From contig CAVSAC010000010.1 of NCBI GenBank assembly GCA_963725865.1, positions 832,001 through 896,000 on the forward strand: a stretch of DNA of 64,000 nucleotides, in the 5' to 3' direction. Source of the DNA: Candidatus Eiseniibacteriota bacterium. GTDB taxonomy: Bacteria; Eisenbacteria; RBG-16-71-46. Position numbers and translations under genes: made by a program. The notes beneath the pieces were generated by a model. The model made no database searches and was not told the DNA's origin. It worked only from the letters and a program-made list of their open reading frames with translations. Numbering within the stretch: the first letter of the stretch is position 1; the number at the start of each line of letters is the position of its first letter. Of the stretch, positions 1 through 10,137 are shown piece after piece.

Positions 1-60
1 ACCCGCGAGCAGGGACAGAGTCAGCAGCGCGATCGGGATACCGGAACGGATGCCATTCAT
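1..60 (-). CDS. 5' end of a secreted protein running off the window edge (downstream of the TonB-dependent receptor)
   Basis: ATG at 60 preceded by GAGGGAG; reads MNGIRSGIPIALLTLSLLAG, which is signal-peptide-like. Confidence 0.7.
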   Translation of the reverse strand, partial: MNGIRSGIPIALLTLSLLAG

Positions 61-89
61 CTGCTCCCTCGACTGGGCGGCGCGCGGGG

Positions 90-2774
90 TCATTCCCCCA
101 CCCCCACCGTGAGCCCCACCTCGACGCGACGCGGCGCGTAGTACCGCGTCGGATTGGCGAGCTGGTCGCGCTCGGCGCCGGGGAAGCGCGTGTAGTAAGG
201 GTCCCCGCTGGTCGAGAACACGTCGCCATTGAAGAACCGTGAATCGAGCGCGTTGAACACGCGCAGGAACACGCTGCCGCGTGCTCCCGCCATCTGCACC
301 TGCTTCTCGCCGCGGACGTCCACCACCATGCTGATCGGCTTGCGCCCGGAATTCGACTCCAGTCCGGCGCCGAATCCGACCGTGGTGTTCGGCGTGTAGG
401 GCTGGCCGCTCGCGATCCGGACGATCGTGCTCAGCGCGTAGTCCTTGTCCTTGGACAGCGTCACCGTCCCGTTGAGCGTGTGGCGCTGATCCCAGTTGAA
501 CGGCACCTGGCGGGGCAGCGGATCCTCGCCCGCCGCGGCGCGCGTGTAGGTGTCCTTGGGGTCACTCGAGTTGCCGATCGCGGACTGCCACGTGTAGTCG
601 AGCGAGGTGCTGAGCAGGCCGCGGCGGCGCTGATCGAGCGTGAGCGTGACGCCGATCACGTTGCCGAAGTCCACGTTGGTGAGGTGGCCGTAGATCGCCC
701 CGTTGTAGGTCTCGATGATCTCCACGCCGATCAGGTCGCGGATGTCCTTGTAGAACACGGTGAGGTCCATCCCCAGCCATTCGGCCAGCGCCTGCTTGTA
801 GCCGAACTGGTACTGCACGGTCTGCTCGGGCCGGATGTCAGGGTTGCCCATCACGGGAGTGCTGGAGAGGTCCGTCGCGGCCTGGATGCCCTTCAGGCGT
901 CCGAAGTCGGCGTTCTCGAACACGGTCCCGATGGCGGGCATCTGGAAGAAGTGCCCGTACGCGAAGAACAGCGCTGCATCCCGCGTCACCGGATACGAGA
1001 CGCCGAAGCGCGGCGAGACCGAGGTCTTGCGGCTCGCCGCCTGGGCGTGCGACAGCGGCTGGTCGGTGAGGTCGTTGGCGGGATTCGCCAGGTCGCTCGG
1101 CTGGCTCGCGCGCGCGTTGAAGTAGTCGAAGCGCAGGCCACCGCGCAGCCGCAGGTCGTTCCACTCGAACTCGTCCTGCGCGAACATCGCGGCCTGGTAT
1201 GGCCGGTATTGCCGCGATGCCGGGTAGAACGGCGGCTCGTCGAGGTGGCGGGTGAGCCGGCCGTTCTGGAATGCGAGCGTGCCCTGGTTGCCGAACGTGA
1301 TCTGGGGCCACTGCAGCTCGCCCCCGACCTTGAACTGCTGATCGCGGGTGATCTGGGCCACGAACGATCCCTTGATGACGCGAGTGTCGCTCTTCTGGAC
1401 GAAGCGCGTGAACTGCACGCCCTGCACGACCGCGTTGTACTCGTAGGTCGAGTCGGCCGGGAACGTCTGGCCGGCGGCATCGTAGCGGGGATCGCCGAGA
1501 CGATCGTAGAGCCGGTCGTGATAGTCGAAGTAGTTCTGCCGGAAGCTGAGCGAGTAGTACGTCTTGTGCGAGAGCGTGTGCGTGAGGTCGAGCCCGTGGG
1601 ACACCGAGAAGGTGTGGCGCTTGCTGATGCCATCGGGGTTGAGGCGCATGGCCCAGGTCATCGGGCGGGCGTCGACGACGTTCCACACCGCCTGGTAGTT
1701 GAACTCCATGCTCTTGAGCGACCGGTTGGTGAGCTTGCCCACTCCGGACCACTCGCGCGAGTAGGCCAGCGGCTCGCGCTTTCCGCTGCCGTCGGGGTGC
1801 AGGACCTTGTACACCATCGAGGAGTTCCCGCCGCGCACCGAGTCGGGGATCGCCCACGGCGAGAAGCGCTTCTCGGCCATGACGTAGTCGTCGAACTGGT
1901 AGCGCCGCCCACTCAGCAGGAAGTAGGTCCTGGGCAGGCCGGTCGGTCCGCTGAGGCTGAGCTGATAGTTCTGCGTCCCGCCGGGGTTGAACTCGTACTC
2001 GAGCGCGCGCCGGGCGCCGCCCGCGAACAGGAAGCCGCCGTCCATCAGCTCGGCGTCCCAGCGGAACTGCTCGGTGCCGCGGCGCAGCACGGCGTTCACC
2101 ACGCCGCTCATGGCCTGGCCGTATTCCGCATCGAACGTGCCGCTGATGACCTGCACTTCCTCGAGCAGCGAGCGGTCGATGCGCAGGCTGGACTTGTTGT
2201 CGTAAGCGTTGTTCACCGAGACGCCGTCCACCTGGTACTGCACCTCGCCGATGCGGCCGCCGCGGAAGTGGCCGTCCACCACGCCCGCCTGCAGATTCAC
2301 GACGTCCGCCAGCTCCTGCACGGGCAGCGAGTTGATCTGCGCGCGGTCCACCGCGGCCATGTTGCTGGTGAGCTTGAGGTCCACGACCGGGCGCTGGGCG
2401 CTGACCACGACCTCGTCCATCGCGACCGGCGCTTCCTCGAGCGGAAGATCGAGCGGCGTGGTGTTGTCGGAGGAGACGACGACACCGGTCACCGTGGTGA
2501 CGCGGTAGCCGAGCAGGCTGACCTTGACGTCGTAGGCCCCCGCCGGGAGGTTGAGGATCGCGAAGCGCCCGTCCGCGTCCGTCACGGCGCCAGTGTGCGC
2601 GGCCGGGATGGCGACGTTGACGCCTTCCAGGGGCTGCTTCGATTTCTTCTCGACGATGCGGCCCGCGATCTTCCCGGTGGTACCGGCGCGCGCCGCTCCG
2701 GGGATCAGGACGCTCAGGAGTGCCAGGGCCGCGGTGACGTGGAACAGGTTCCTTCCGATGCGCCGGAGCTGCAT
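90..2774 (-). CDS. TonB-dependent outer membrane receptor with N-terminal carboxypeptidase-regulatory-like domain
   Basis: Signal peptide then GTTGKIAGRI..TDADGRF; plug motif FRGGRIGEVQYQVDG and SGTFDAEYGQAMSGVVN; barrel motifs SPRFGVSY and WDQRHT; C-terminal PRRVEVGL. Start chosen at MQLRRIG. Confidence 0.92.
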   Translation of the reverse strand: MQLRRIGRNLFHVTAALALLSVLIPGAARAGTTGKIAGRIVEKKSKQPLEGVNVAIPAAHTGAVTDADGRFAILNLPAGAYDVKVSLLGYRVTTVTGVVVSSDNTTPLDLPLEEAPVAMDEVVVSAQRPVVDLKLTSNMAAVDRAQINSLPVQELADVVNLQAGVVDGHFRGGRIGEVQYQVDGVSVNNAYDNKSSLRIDRSLLEEVQVISGTFDAEYGQAMSGVVNAVLRRGTEQFRWDAELMDGGFLFAGGARRALEYEFNPGGTQNYQLSLSGPTGLPRTYFLLSGRRYQFDDYVMAEKRFSPWAIPDSVRGGNSSMVYKVLHPDGSGKREPLAYSREWSGVGKLTNRSLKSMEFNYQAVWNVVDARPMTWAMRLNPDGISKRHTFSVSHGLDLTHTLSHKTYYSLSFRQNYFDYHDRLYDRLGDPRYDAAGQTFPADSTYEYNAVVQGVQFTRFVQKSDTRVIKGSFVAQITRDQQFKVGGELQWPQITFGNQGTLAFQNGRLTRHLDEPPFYPASRQYRPYQAAMFAQDEFEWNDLRLRGGLRFDYFNARASQPSDLANPANDLTDQPLSHAQAASRKTSVSPRFGVSYPVTRDAALFFAYGHFFQMPAIGTVFENADFGRLKGIQAATDLSSTPVMGNPDIRPEQTVQYQFGYKQALAEWLGMDLTVFYKDIRDLIGVEIIETYNGAIYGHLTNVDFGNVIGVTLTLDQRRRGLLSTSLDYTWQSAIGNSSDPKDTYTRAAAGEDPLPRQVPFNWDQRHTLNGTVTLSKDKDYALSTIVRIASGQPYTPNTTVGFGAGLESNSGRKPISMVVDVRGEKQVQMAGARGSVFLRVFNALDSRFFNGDVFSTSGDPYYTRFPGAERDQLANPTRYYAPRRVEVGLTVGVGE

Positions 2775-2868
2775 GGCGCTGGGTCCCTCGACTTTCCGGG
2801 AGGAGACGAGCCCCGGCGGGGCGGACGGTTCGTGGTCCGCCCCGGCCGGGACCGTCACGGCCGACGGC

Positions 2869-4797
2869 TCACTTCAGGATCAACAGCTTGCCATTGAGAT
2901 CGTCCTGCCCAGCCCCGCTGACCGGGTCGGCGATGCGGATGCGATAGAGGTAGAGCCCGGCCCCCAGCGACCCGCGCGTGAACGTGGTCTGCTGCGTCCC
3001 CGCGGACTGTACGCCCAGCGGACGCGTGGCCACGATGCGCCCCTGCACGTCGTAGACCTCGAGCGCCACGCGGCTCGGCCGGGCCAGAGCGTACCGCAGC
3101 TGCGTCACCTGGCGGAACGGGTTCGGCGCGTTCGCCAGCAGCATCGACCGCGCCGGCGCCAGCGGCGAGCCGTCGACGTCGAGCGTGATGTACGAGTTCG
3201 GATCCAGGTAGCCATTGGCCGGACAGCAGCGATGCTCGCGCTCGCGAGCGAACCACGCCCGCGTCCCGTACGAGGACGTGAACGGGGTGAACGAATCGCC
3301 GTCGTAGAGCGTGACGCCGAACCAGAGCGTGTGGTCCCCGAGTCCGTGCGGGTAGCCGAGCTTCGTCAGGTCGACCGCCAGTTCGGCGGTGTAGCCCGCG
3401 TCGATGTCGAGGCCGAGCGTGTCGACGGTGGTACCGGGCTTGAGCTTGAGCGCGACCCGCGCGCCGCCGACGGTGTCCTTCAGGAACGGCAGGTACTCCA
3501 TCGCCATCGCGGCGCCCGTCGGACCGACGATGAACGTGAGTGGACGTGAATCCAGGTTGCGGTCGGTGTAGCGCGCGACCCGGTCCTGGATGCTCACGCG
3601 GAAGCCGTCCCAGCGATCCTCCAGCGGGTAGTACTGCACCAGCGCGTCGCGCACGTCGAAGCCCATGTAGAGGGTGTCGTCCTTGAAGAATGTGCGGACC
3701 GTGGCGTCCCCGGGATCGAGCACCGGAGCCTGGAAGCCCAGCACCGACGGCTGGTAGTCGCCGGCGCGCCACCGCATCACGCCGTTGTAGGCCGAGCGCG
3801 ACGCCGGGTCTCCGTACTTGATCACGATCGAGTCGGCGCGGGCCCAGGCCGCCTCGGTCAGGTTGCCGTCGATGGTGGGCGGCGGCAGCGCGCCCAGGTT
3901 CCGGACCGTGAACTCCGGTGCGAACCCCGGCAACGCGCCCGAGGTGGTCGTCACGTCGTCACGTCCGTGGATCCGAACCTCGTCGTACCACAGGTCGTTA
4001 CCCCACGGACTCTGCCACCAGGTGCGGTTGGACGAGAATCGGAACAGGTTCTGCGGCCAGAACCAGTCGGTGTCGTAGATCGAGATGTTCCATTCGAAGA
4101 TGTCGCCGCCGGCCTGGGTGAAGTCGTAGCCGGTCGAGGAGACGTCGAAGCGCATCTCCACGGTATAGCCCGAGTCCTGAGTCGCCACCGCGGGCGCCAC
4201 GTTGAGCACGGTGTCGCAGTTCGAGAGTCCGCCCCGCACCTTGGTGAAGGCCTCCCACGCCTGGATCTGGGCGGCGGTGCGCGCCACCGTGTCCTGGGCG
4301 CCGAACTCGCCACGGTAGCCGGGGTCCGAGCCCGCGACGTTGAGCGACGCGAGCTCGGGGTGCCACCACGAGTAGAAGTGCTCGATCGGACCATTCGCCG
4401 ACGCGAGCGGATTGCGATGGTCCTTCACCGCCATCAGGAATCCGTCGAGGCGGTTGAACAACGCCGAGCCGCCGACCGACGAGTCCCGCACCGTGGCCGC
4501 CATGTAGAGGTTGTTGCCGTTGCGCAGGAACTTGAGCCAGGCGACGGTGCTGTCCTTCGCGAGTCTTCCGCCCTCCTCCTTGTAGCCGCTGCCCGGGATG
4601 CCGTTGTCCTTGCCATAGCGGACCAGCACCGACTCCGCCTTGGCCCAGTCCGGCTCGTCGAGGACACCATCCAGCTTGATCGGCGAACTGGTCGCGCGCG
4701 CCCAGATGGCGTCGAGGCTCGGAGCCTGCGCAAACGCCGGAGCAGCGAACACGAGCAGCGCGCCCAGGAGCGTCAGAACGACGATGCGTGCTCTCAT
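2869..4797 (-). CDS. Secreted protein with two CBM9/DOMON-like sugar-binding domains and a C-terminal FlgD-Ig/T9SS-like sorting domain
   Basis: Signal peptide; repeated (I/L)DGxLxExxWxxA motifs and GYT(V/A)E segments; tail LANAPNPF..LEVYDVQGRIV..GLYLYRI..KLLILK. Confidence 0.75.
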   Translation of the reverse strand: MRARIVVLTLLGALLVFAAPAFAQAPSLDAIWARATSSPIKLDGVLDEPDWAKAESVLVRYGKDNGIPGSGYKEEGGRLAKDSTVAWLKFLRNGNNLYMAATVRDSSVGGSALFNRLDGFLMAVKDHRNPLASANGPIEHFYSWWHPELASLNVAGSDPGYRGEFGAQDTVARTAAQIQAWEAFTKVRGGLSNCDTVLNVAPAVATQDSGYTVEMRFDVSSTGYDFTQAGGDIFEWNISIYDTDWFWPQNLFRFSSNRTWWQSPWGNDLWYDEVRIHGRDDVTTTSGALPGFAPEFTVRNLGALPPPTIDGNLTEAAWARADSIVIKYGDPASRSAYNGVMRWRAGDYQPSVLGFQAPVLDPGDATVRTFFKDDTLYMGFDVRDALVQYYPLEDRWDGFRVSIQDRVARYTDRNLDSRPLTFIVGPTGAAMAMEYLPFLKDTVGGARVALKLKPGTTVDTLGLDIDAGYTAELAVDLTKLGYPHGLGDHTLWFGVTLYDGDSFTPFTSSYGTRAWFAREREHRCCPANGYLDPNSYITLDVDGSPLAPARSMLLANAPNPFRQVTQLRYALARPSRVALEVYDVQGRIVATRPLGVQSAGTQQTTFTRGSLGAGLYLYRIRIADPVSGAGQDDLNGKLLILK

Positions 4798-4946
4798 GGG
4801 TGCAACCTCCCTGTGAAGCGTGAGACGTGGACCGGGACGATGGTTGGGCATCATGATGGGACCACGCGCGGCGGTGCGTCGAGGGCGGGGACGGATCTCG
4901 AAGGCAGGGCGTCGCGACGTCCCATGATGAGCGGCCACCAGCAACC

Positions 4947-4982
4947 ATGAAAACGGTTACATAGTTGTCGCGGCGGCGTCAA
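4947..4982 (-). promoter_or_regulatory. Putative LacI-family operator (ATGTAACCGTTTTCAT) just downstream of a TTGACG -35-like hexamer
   Basis: AT-rich imperfect palindrome with central CG at 4947-4962 in GC-rich DNA; TTGACG at 4982-4977 on the minus strand. Confidence 0.6.
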
Positions 4983-5271
4983 GGAAGGACTCGTCAGAAG
5001 GGCGTCGAGACGCTCGAAGTGTCGTCCTGCGGTCCACCGCAGGCCGTCCCGCTCGTGTCCCAATGGCCCGGAATCGCCGCCACCGGTGCTCGGACGGCCG
5101 TTCGTGGCCCCATTCGCCCGACCGAGCGCCGCCGTGCCCGTGCCGCGTGCGGCGGGTCGGAGGCACTGGAGTCCCAGGCGCGATCCGGGAGCGCGTCCCC
5201 CCGGCTCTGCTAACGTGCCGCGCGATCCGACCACCGCTGGGGACTCCGATGGCTACTCGACACCCGCTTCC

Positions 5272-6192
5272 ATGCGCAGCGCGCTGACCTGGACCGCCCT
5301 GCTGGGCGCGATCCTCGCGGTGTCCACCGCGTCGCTGCTCGTCCGCCGCGCCCAGCCGCTGGCGCCCTCGCTCGTGATCGCCGCCGGGCGGCTGGTGATC
5401 GCCACGCTGGTGCTGGCGCCGGTGGCCCTGACGCGCCACCGCGTCGATCTGCGCTCGCTGACCGCGCGCGAGCTCGGCCTCGCGTTCGTCGCGGGCGCGT
5501 TCCTGGCGCTCCACTTCGCCACCTGGATCGCGTCGCTGGCCAGCACGAGCATCACGTCGTCGGTGGTGCTGGTGACCACCTCCCCGCTGTGGGTGGCGTT
5601 GCTCGCGCCCGTGGTGCTGCGCGAGCGGCTGTCGCGGCCCGCTCAGCTCGGGCTCGCCGTGGCCCTGCTCGGCGGAGTGGCCGTGGTGCTCGGGGATTCC
5701 GGCACGCGGACCGGCGGCGGCGCGTCGACGCCCCACGCGCTGCGGGGGGACCTGCTCGCGCTGTGCGGCGCGTGGATGATGGCGGGCTACCTGCTCGTCG
5801 GCCGGCGACTGCGCGGCCGCCTGCCGCTGGTGCCGTACGTGACGCTCGTGTACGGCATCGCCGCAGTGCTGCTGACGCTCGCGGTGGTCGCCACCCGCAC
5901 CGACGTCGGGGCGGTGCCGCGCGCGGCGTGGGGCTGGATCGTGCTGCTCGCGCTGGTCCCGCAGCTGCTCGGACACAGCACGTTCAACTGGGCCCTGCGG
6001 CACGTGCCGGCCACGGTGGTGGCACTCGCGCTGCTGGGCGAGCCGGTGGGTTCGGCGGCGCTCGCGTTCGCGTGGCTGGGCGAGGTCCCGTCGCGGCTCA
6101 CGCTCGCCGGTGCGGCGCTCGTCCTGGCGGGCGTGGTGCTCGCCGCGCGCGCGCCACTGGGGCGCGCCTCGACTCCGCCGGCGGCCGCGTAA
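5272..6192 (+). CDS. DMT/EamA family transporter
   Basis: About 10 hydrophobic segments; motifs LALHFATWIASL, GDLLAL, QLLGHSTFNWAL, LGEPVG. Confidence 0.9.
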   Translation: MRSALTWTALLGAILAVSTASLLVRRAQPLAPSLVIAAGRLVIATLVLAPVALTRHRVDLRSLTARELGLAFVAGAFLALHFATWIASLASTSITSSVVLVTTSPLWVALLAPVVLRERLSRPAQLGLAVALLGGVAVVLGDSGTRTGGGASTPHALRGDLLALCGAWMMAGYLLVGRRLRGRLPLVPYVTLVYGIAAVLLTLAVVATRTDVGAVPRAAWGWIVLLALVPQLLGHSTFNWALRHVPATVVALALLGEPVGSAALAFAWLGEVPSRLTLAGAALVLAGVVLAARAPLGRASTPPAAA

Positions 6193-6210
6193 CCCGCGCG
6201 GCGCGCGACC

Positions 6211-7521
6211 TCAGCCGCGGGCCGCCGCCTCGCGCCGCAACGCGTCCCAGGCCACCCGCACGTCGTCCTCGGTGGTGCGCGCGTTGCCGATCGCGAGCCG
6301 CAGCACGGTCCGGCCGGCCAGCTTGGTGCTCGACAGGAACGCCTCGCCGCTCGCGTTCACGCGCTCCATCAGCGCCGAGTTCGCCGCGTCGTCGGCGTCG
6401 TAGCGGAAGCACACGACCGAGAACGGCCGCGGCGCGCACACCGTCCAGCCCGGGGTCGCGCGCACCCACGACTCGAAACGCTCCGCCAGCGCCACGTGCT
6501 CGCGAATCAGGCGCTGCAGCCCGTCGCGCCCCAGGCAGCGCAGCACCGTCCACAGCTTGAGCGCGCGGAAGCGGCGGCCGAGCACCGGGCTGTGATCCAT
6601 CAGGTTCACGTCCGCGCTGTCGGCGGTGCGGAGGTACTCCGGCACCAGGCTGAACGCGCGCCGCAGCGCGTCCGGTCGCCGGCTCCAGAACAGCGAGCAG
6701 TCCATCGGCGTGAACATCCACTTGTGCGCGTTCACCACCAGCGAGTCGGCGCGCTCCACCCCCGCGAACGCCCAGCGCAGCTCCGGGCAGACCATCGCCC
6801 CGCCCGCGTACGCGGCGTCGACGTGCAGCCACGCCCCGGCGCGCTCGGCGGCGTCGGCGATCGCCGGCACCGGGTCGACACTGGTGCTCGAGGTGGTCCC
6901 CACCGTCGCGACCACCGCGCAGGCGCCCGCCAGGTCGAGCGCGTCGGCACGCATGCGGAACGCCTCGTCGGCCGGGATCCGCCGCAGCTCGAGGCCCGCC
7001 ATGTGGCACGCCTTCTCGACCGACGAGTGCGCGTGCTCCGAGGCCGCGACCACGCGACGGCCCGGCGCGGCGTCGCGCGCGGCGACCAGCGCCGCGAACG
7101 TCGATGTCGACGCCGTGTCCTCGATGTGCCCGTGCCACCCGGCCGGCAGCCCGAGCAGCTCGGCGGCCCAGCCCAGCACGTGCGACTCCAGCTCCGTGAG
7201 CGCCGGGCTGGTGCGCCACAGGAAGCCGACGTTGTTGAGCGTGGCCGCCAGCATCTCCGCGAGCACGGCCGGCTCGATCGCGGTGTTCGCGAAGTAGGCG
7301 AAGAAGCGCGGATGCTGCCAGTGCGTGACGGCCGGCATCACCACGTCGTCGAGGTCGCGCAGCACCGCGGCGAACGGCTCGCCGTGCTCGGGCGGGTGCG
7401 CCGGCAGCCGCGCGCGCAGCTCGCCCGGCGCCACCTGCGCGAGCACCGGGCGCTCGCGCAGCGTCTCGAGATAGCGCGCCGCCCACTCGAGCGCGGCGGC
7501 GCCGTCCTCGCGGAAGCTCAC
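6211..7521 (-). CDS. PLP-dependent group II amino-acid decarboxylase (aromatic L-amino acid decarboxylase-like)
   Basis: THWQHPRFFAYF, SPALTELE, AHSSVEKA, WLHVDAAYAG, NAHKW (PLP lysine), GRRFRALKLW; GTG start after GAGGGG. Confidence 0.9.
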   Translation of the reverse strand: MSFREDGAAALEWAARYLETLRERPVLAQVAPGELRARLPAHPPEHGEPFAAVLRDLDDVVMPAVTHWQHPRFFAYFANTAIEPAVLAEMLAATLNNVGFLWRTSPALTELESHVLGWAAELLGLPAGWHGHIEDTASTSTFAALVAARDAAPGRRVVAASEHAHSSVEKACHMAGLELRRIPADEAFRMRADALDLAGACAVVATVGTTSSTSVDPVPAIADAAERAGAWLHVDAAYAGGAMVCPELRWAFAGVERADSLVVNAHKWMFTPMDCSLFWSRRPDALRRAFSLVPEYLRTADSADVNLMDHSPVLGRRFRALKLWTVLRCLGRDGLQRLIREHVALAERFESWVRATPGWTVCAPRPFSVVCFRYDADDAANSALMERVNASGEAFLSSTKLAGRTVLRLAIGNARTTEDDVRVAWDALRREAAARG

Positions 7522-7549
7522 GCGGCCCCTCGCCGGCCGGCCGCGCGCG

Positions 7550-8599
7550 TCACTTGAGGTACTTCGCGAGGAACGCCCAGACCTCCTGGCGGGCCTGGCG
7601 ACCGTACGCGGTGTCGATGCGGTCGAACGAGTGCCCGCCCGGGGCATCCGTGTAGATCTTGTACTCGAAGTGCTTGTCCGCCGCCTTCAGCTGCGCGATC
7701 AGGTGCTCGACTTCGATCACGTTCACGTCGCGGTCGTTGGTGGTCGTGTGGATGAGCAGCGGCGTGCGCAGCTTCTCCGCGTTCCACGCCGGCGAGCGCT
7801 TGCGATACAGGTCGACGTCCTCGCTCGCGGTCTTGCCGAGGTGATACGGCGCGGCGAACTCCTCCTGGTAGTCGGCGCCCGCGTAGCCCATGCGCGCGAC
7901 CAGGTCGGAGACGGGCACCCCGGCGAAGCACACCTTGAACTTCTCGGGATGGTCGAACACCGCCATCAGCGCGATCAGCCCGCCGTGGCTCCAGCCCACG
8001 ATGCCGACGCGACCGGCGTCCACGAATGGCAGCGTCTCCACCGCCCAGTCGCGTGCGGCGACGCAGTCGTCGATCTCGAGTCCGCCGTAGTCGATGCTCT
8101 CCTGGAACTCGCGACCGTAGCCGGTCGAACCGCGGTACTCGGGCGCGATCACCACGTACCCCTTGTCCATCAGCTCGCGGATGATGTGGGTGTGGTAGGT
8201 GGTGAAGTCGGCGTGCACGCCGCCGTGCGGGAGCACCAGCAGCGGCGCCTTGCCGCGCCGGTCGAGCTTCTTCGGCACGAACACGTAGGTCCAGAACTTG
8301 AGCGGATGGCGCTCGTTCGCGATGCCGTAGATCGGCGTGCCCTTCGGATTCGGCGGCCCGGTGATGAACACCTTGTCGATGTCGGCCACCTCGCCGACGC
8401 GCTCGAACCACAGGATGTCGTCGATGCCCTTCGCGAGCTGGTCGCGGGCGTACTCGGCGGCGTCGAGTCGCTTCTCGATCGCCGACAGCCGCGTGTCGAG
8501 GTCGGGTGCCGGCGGGTCGGCGGCGCGCGCGGACACGGCGAGCGAACCGGCGAGCAGCAGCGCCGCCGACAGCGCGACGAACGGCGAGTGAATGCGCAT
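7550..8599 (-). CDS. Secreted S9-family (prolyl oligopeptidase-like) alpha/beta hydrolase
   Basis: Signal peptide; PHGG, YRGSTGYG, nucleophile GWSHGG, Asp in NDRDV, His in GGHSF. Confidence 0.85.
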   Translation of the reverse strand: MRIHSPFVALSAALLLAGSLAVSARAADPPAPDLDTRLSAIEKRLDAAEYARDQLAKGIDDILWFERVGEVADIDKVFITGPPNPKGTPIYGIANERHPLKFWTYVFVPKKLDRRGKAPLLVLPHGGVHADFTTYHTHIIRELMDKGYVVIAPEYRGSTGYGREFQESIDYGGLEIDDCVAARDWAVETLPFVDAGRVGIVGWSHGGLIALMAVFDHPEKFKVCFAGVPVSDLVARMGYAGADYQEEFAAPYHLGKTASEDVDLYRKRSPAWNAEKLRTPLLIHTTTNDRDVNVIEVEHLIAQLKAADKHFEYKIYTDAPGGHSFDRIDTAYGRQARQEVWAFLAKYLK

Positions 8600-8867
8600 G
8601 ACGTCCTCCTCGGTGATCGGGGGACTGAACTCTCGAGTCCGCGCAGCCTACGCCGCTGCCCGGCGTGATACCAGCCGCGGCCAGCGCCCTCTGCGATCCC
8701 CGATCCGCACGCCGCTCGGCGGGCCGGCCGGCTGCGGCACTCGCATGCCACGCGCTCGACCGCCGCGCGGGATGCGGTGACGAGCGCGGCGCGTTCGCGT
8801 GGCCGGCGCTTCCGCGCTGCTGCTAAGATGCGCGCCGCACGCCGTCCGCTCCCCACCTGGACCTCGC

Positions 8868-10097
8868 ATGGACGCCCACGCCGATCCCGATCGCATGCTC
8901 GACGGCTTCCGCCTCGCCCCCGGCTTCCGCGCGCGCGCCACCACTTGCGGGCTCAAGGCCAGCGGCCGGCCCGACCTCGCGCTGGTGTGGAGCGAACAGC
9001 CCTGCAGCGCCGCGGGCGTGTTCACCACCTGCCGGGTGCCGGCCGCGCCGGTGCTGCTCGACCGCGAGGTGCTGGGCGCACGCGCCGGGGACGTGCGCGC
9101 GGTGATCGCCAACTCGGGCTGCGCCAACGCCTGCACCGGCGAGCCCGGGATGGCCGACGCGCGTGCGATGGCGGCGCTGGCGGCGACCGCGGTGGGCGCC
9201 GAGCCCGCCCAGGTGCTGGTGCTCTCGACCGGCGTCATCGGGGCGCCGCTCGACATGCACAAGCTCGCGCGCGGCGTCACCGCGCTGACCGCGCCCGGCG
9301 GTGCGGATTCGGCACCCGACGCGGTGCGCGCCATCATGACCACCGACACCCGCCCCAAGGTGGCGGGCGCCGAAGCCGTGATCGGCGGCCGCGCCGTGAT
9401 CGTGAGCGGCTTCGCCAAGGGCGCCGGCATGATCCACCCCGACCTCGCCACGATGCTCGCGATCGTCACCACCGACGCCGCGGTCGCGCCCTCCGCGCTC
9501 CAGCGCCTGCTCGCCGCCGCGGTGGCGAGCTCGTTCAACCGCATCAGCGTGGACGGCGACATGAGCACCAACGACACCGTGCTGCTGCTCGCCTCGGGCG
9601 CCGCGGGCGTCACGGTGGATGCCGCCCACGAGCCGGCGTTCGCGGCCGTGCTCGCGTCGGTGTGCGGCTCGCTCGCGCGCCAGATCGCGCGCGACGGCGA
9701 GGGCGCCACGCGGCTGGTCGAGGTCGCGGTCGCGGGGGCCGTCGACGAGCGCTCGGCGCACGCGGTCGCCGACGCGATCGCGCGCTCGCTGCTGGTCAAG
9801 ACCGCGATCCACGGCGGCGATCCCAACTGGGGCCGCGTGCTGGCCGCCGCCGGCTCGTGCGGCGTCGCGCTCGACCCGGCGCGGATCGCGCTCGCGTTCG
9901 GACCGGTCGACGACGCCGTCCGCGTGGTCGAGCACGGCGTGCGCGCCTCCCACGACGAGCGCGCGGCCGCCGCGCGCCTGCGCCAGGACCCGGTCGTGAT
10001 CCGGCTCGAGCTGGGGCTCGGATCCGCCGCGGCCACCGTTTGGACCTGCGACCTCAGCGCCGAGTACGTCTCCATCAACGCCGACTACACCACCTGA
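8868..10097 (+). CDS. argJ: Glutamate N-acetyltransferase / ornithine acetyltransferase
   Basis: NSGCANACTG, STGVIG, IMTTDT, KGAGMIHPDLATML, DGDMSTND, DGEGAT, DPNWGR, YVSINADYTT. Confidence 0.96.
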   Translation: MDAHADPDRMLDGFRLAPGFRARATTCGLKASGRPDLALVWSEQPCSAAGVFTTCRVPAAPVLLDREVLGARAGDVRAVIANSGCANACTGEPGMADARAMAALAATAVGAEPAQVLVLSTGVIGAPLDMHKLARGVTALTAPGGADSAPDAVRAIMTTDTRPKVAGAEAVIGGRAVIVSGFAKGAGMIHPDLATMLAIVTTDAAVAPSALQRLLAAAVASSFNRISVDGDMSTNDTVLLLASGAAGVTVDAAHEPAFAAVLASVCGSLARQIARDGEGATRLVEVAVAGAVDERSAHAVADAIARSLLVKTAIHGGDPNWGRVLAAAGSCGVALDPARIALAFGPVDDAVRVVEHGVRASHDERAAAARLRQDPVVIRLELGLGSAAATVWTCDLSAEYVSINADYTT

Positions 10098-10137
10098 GCG
10101 CGGGCACGGCCCGCGCGCGAAAGGAGTCCCGATCCCG

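Noticed and set aside
5272..7521. EamA transporter plus decarboxylase as an amine export module
   Set aside because: The genes are convergent and nothing in the sequence links them functionally.
8868..10097. Stand-alone argJ as a sign of a secondary-metabolite cluster
   Set aside because: No biosynthetic neighbours are present, and scattered arg genes are common.
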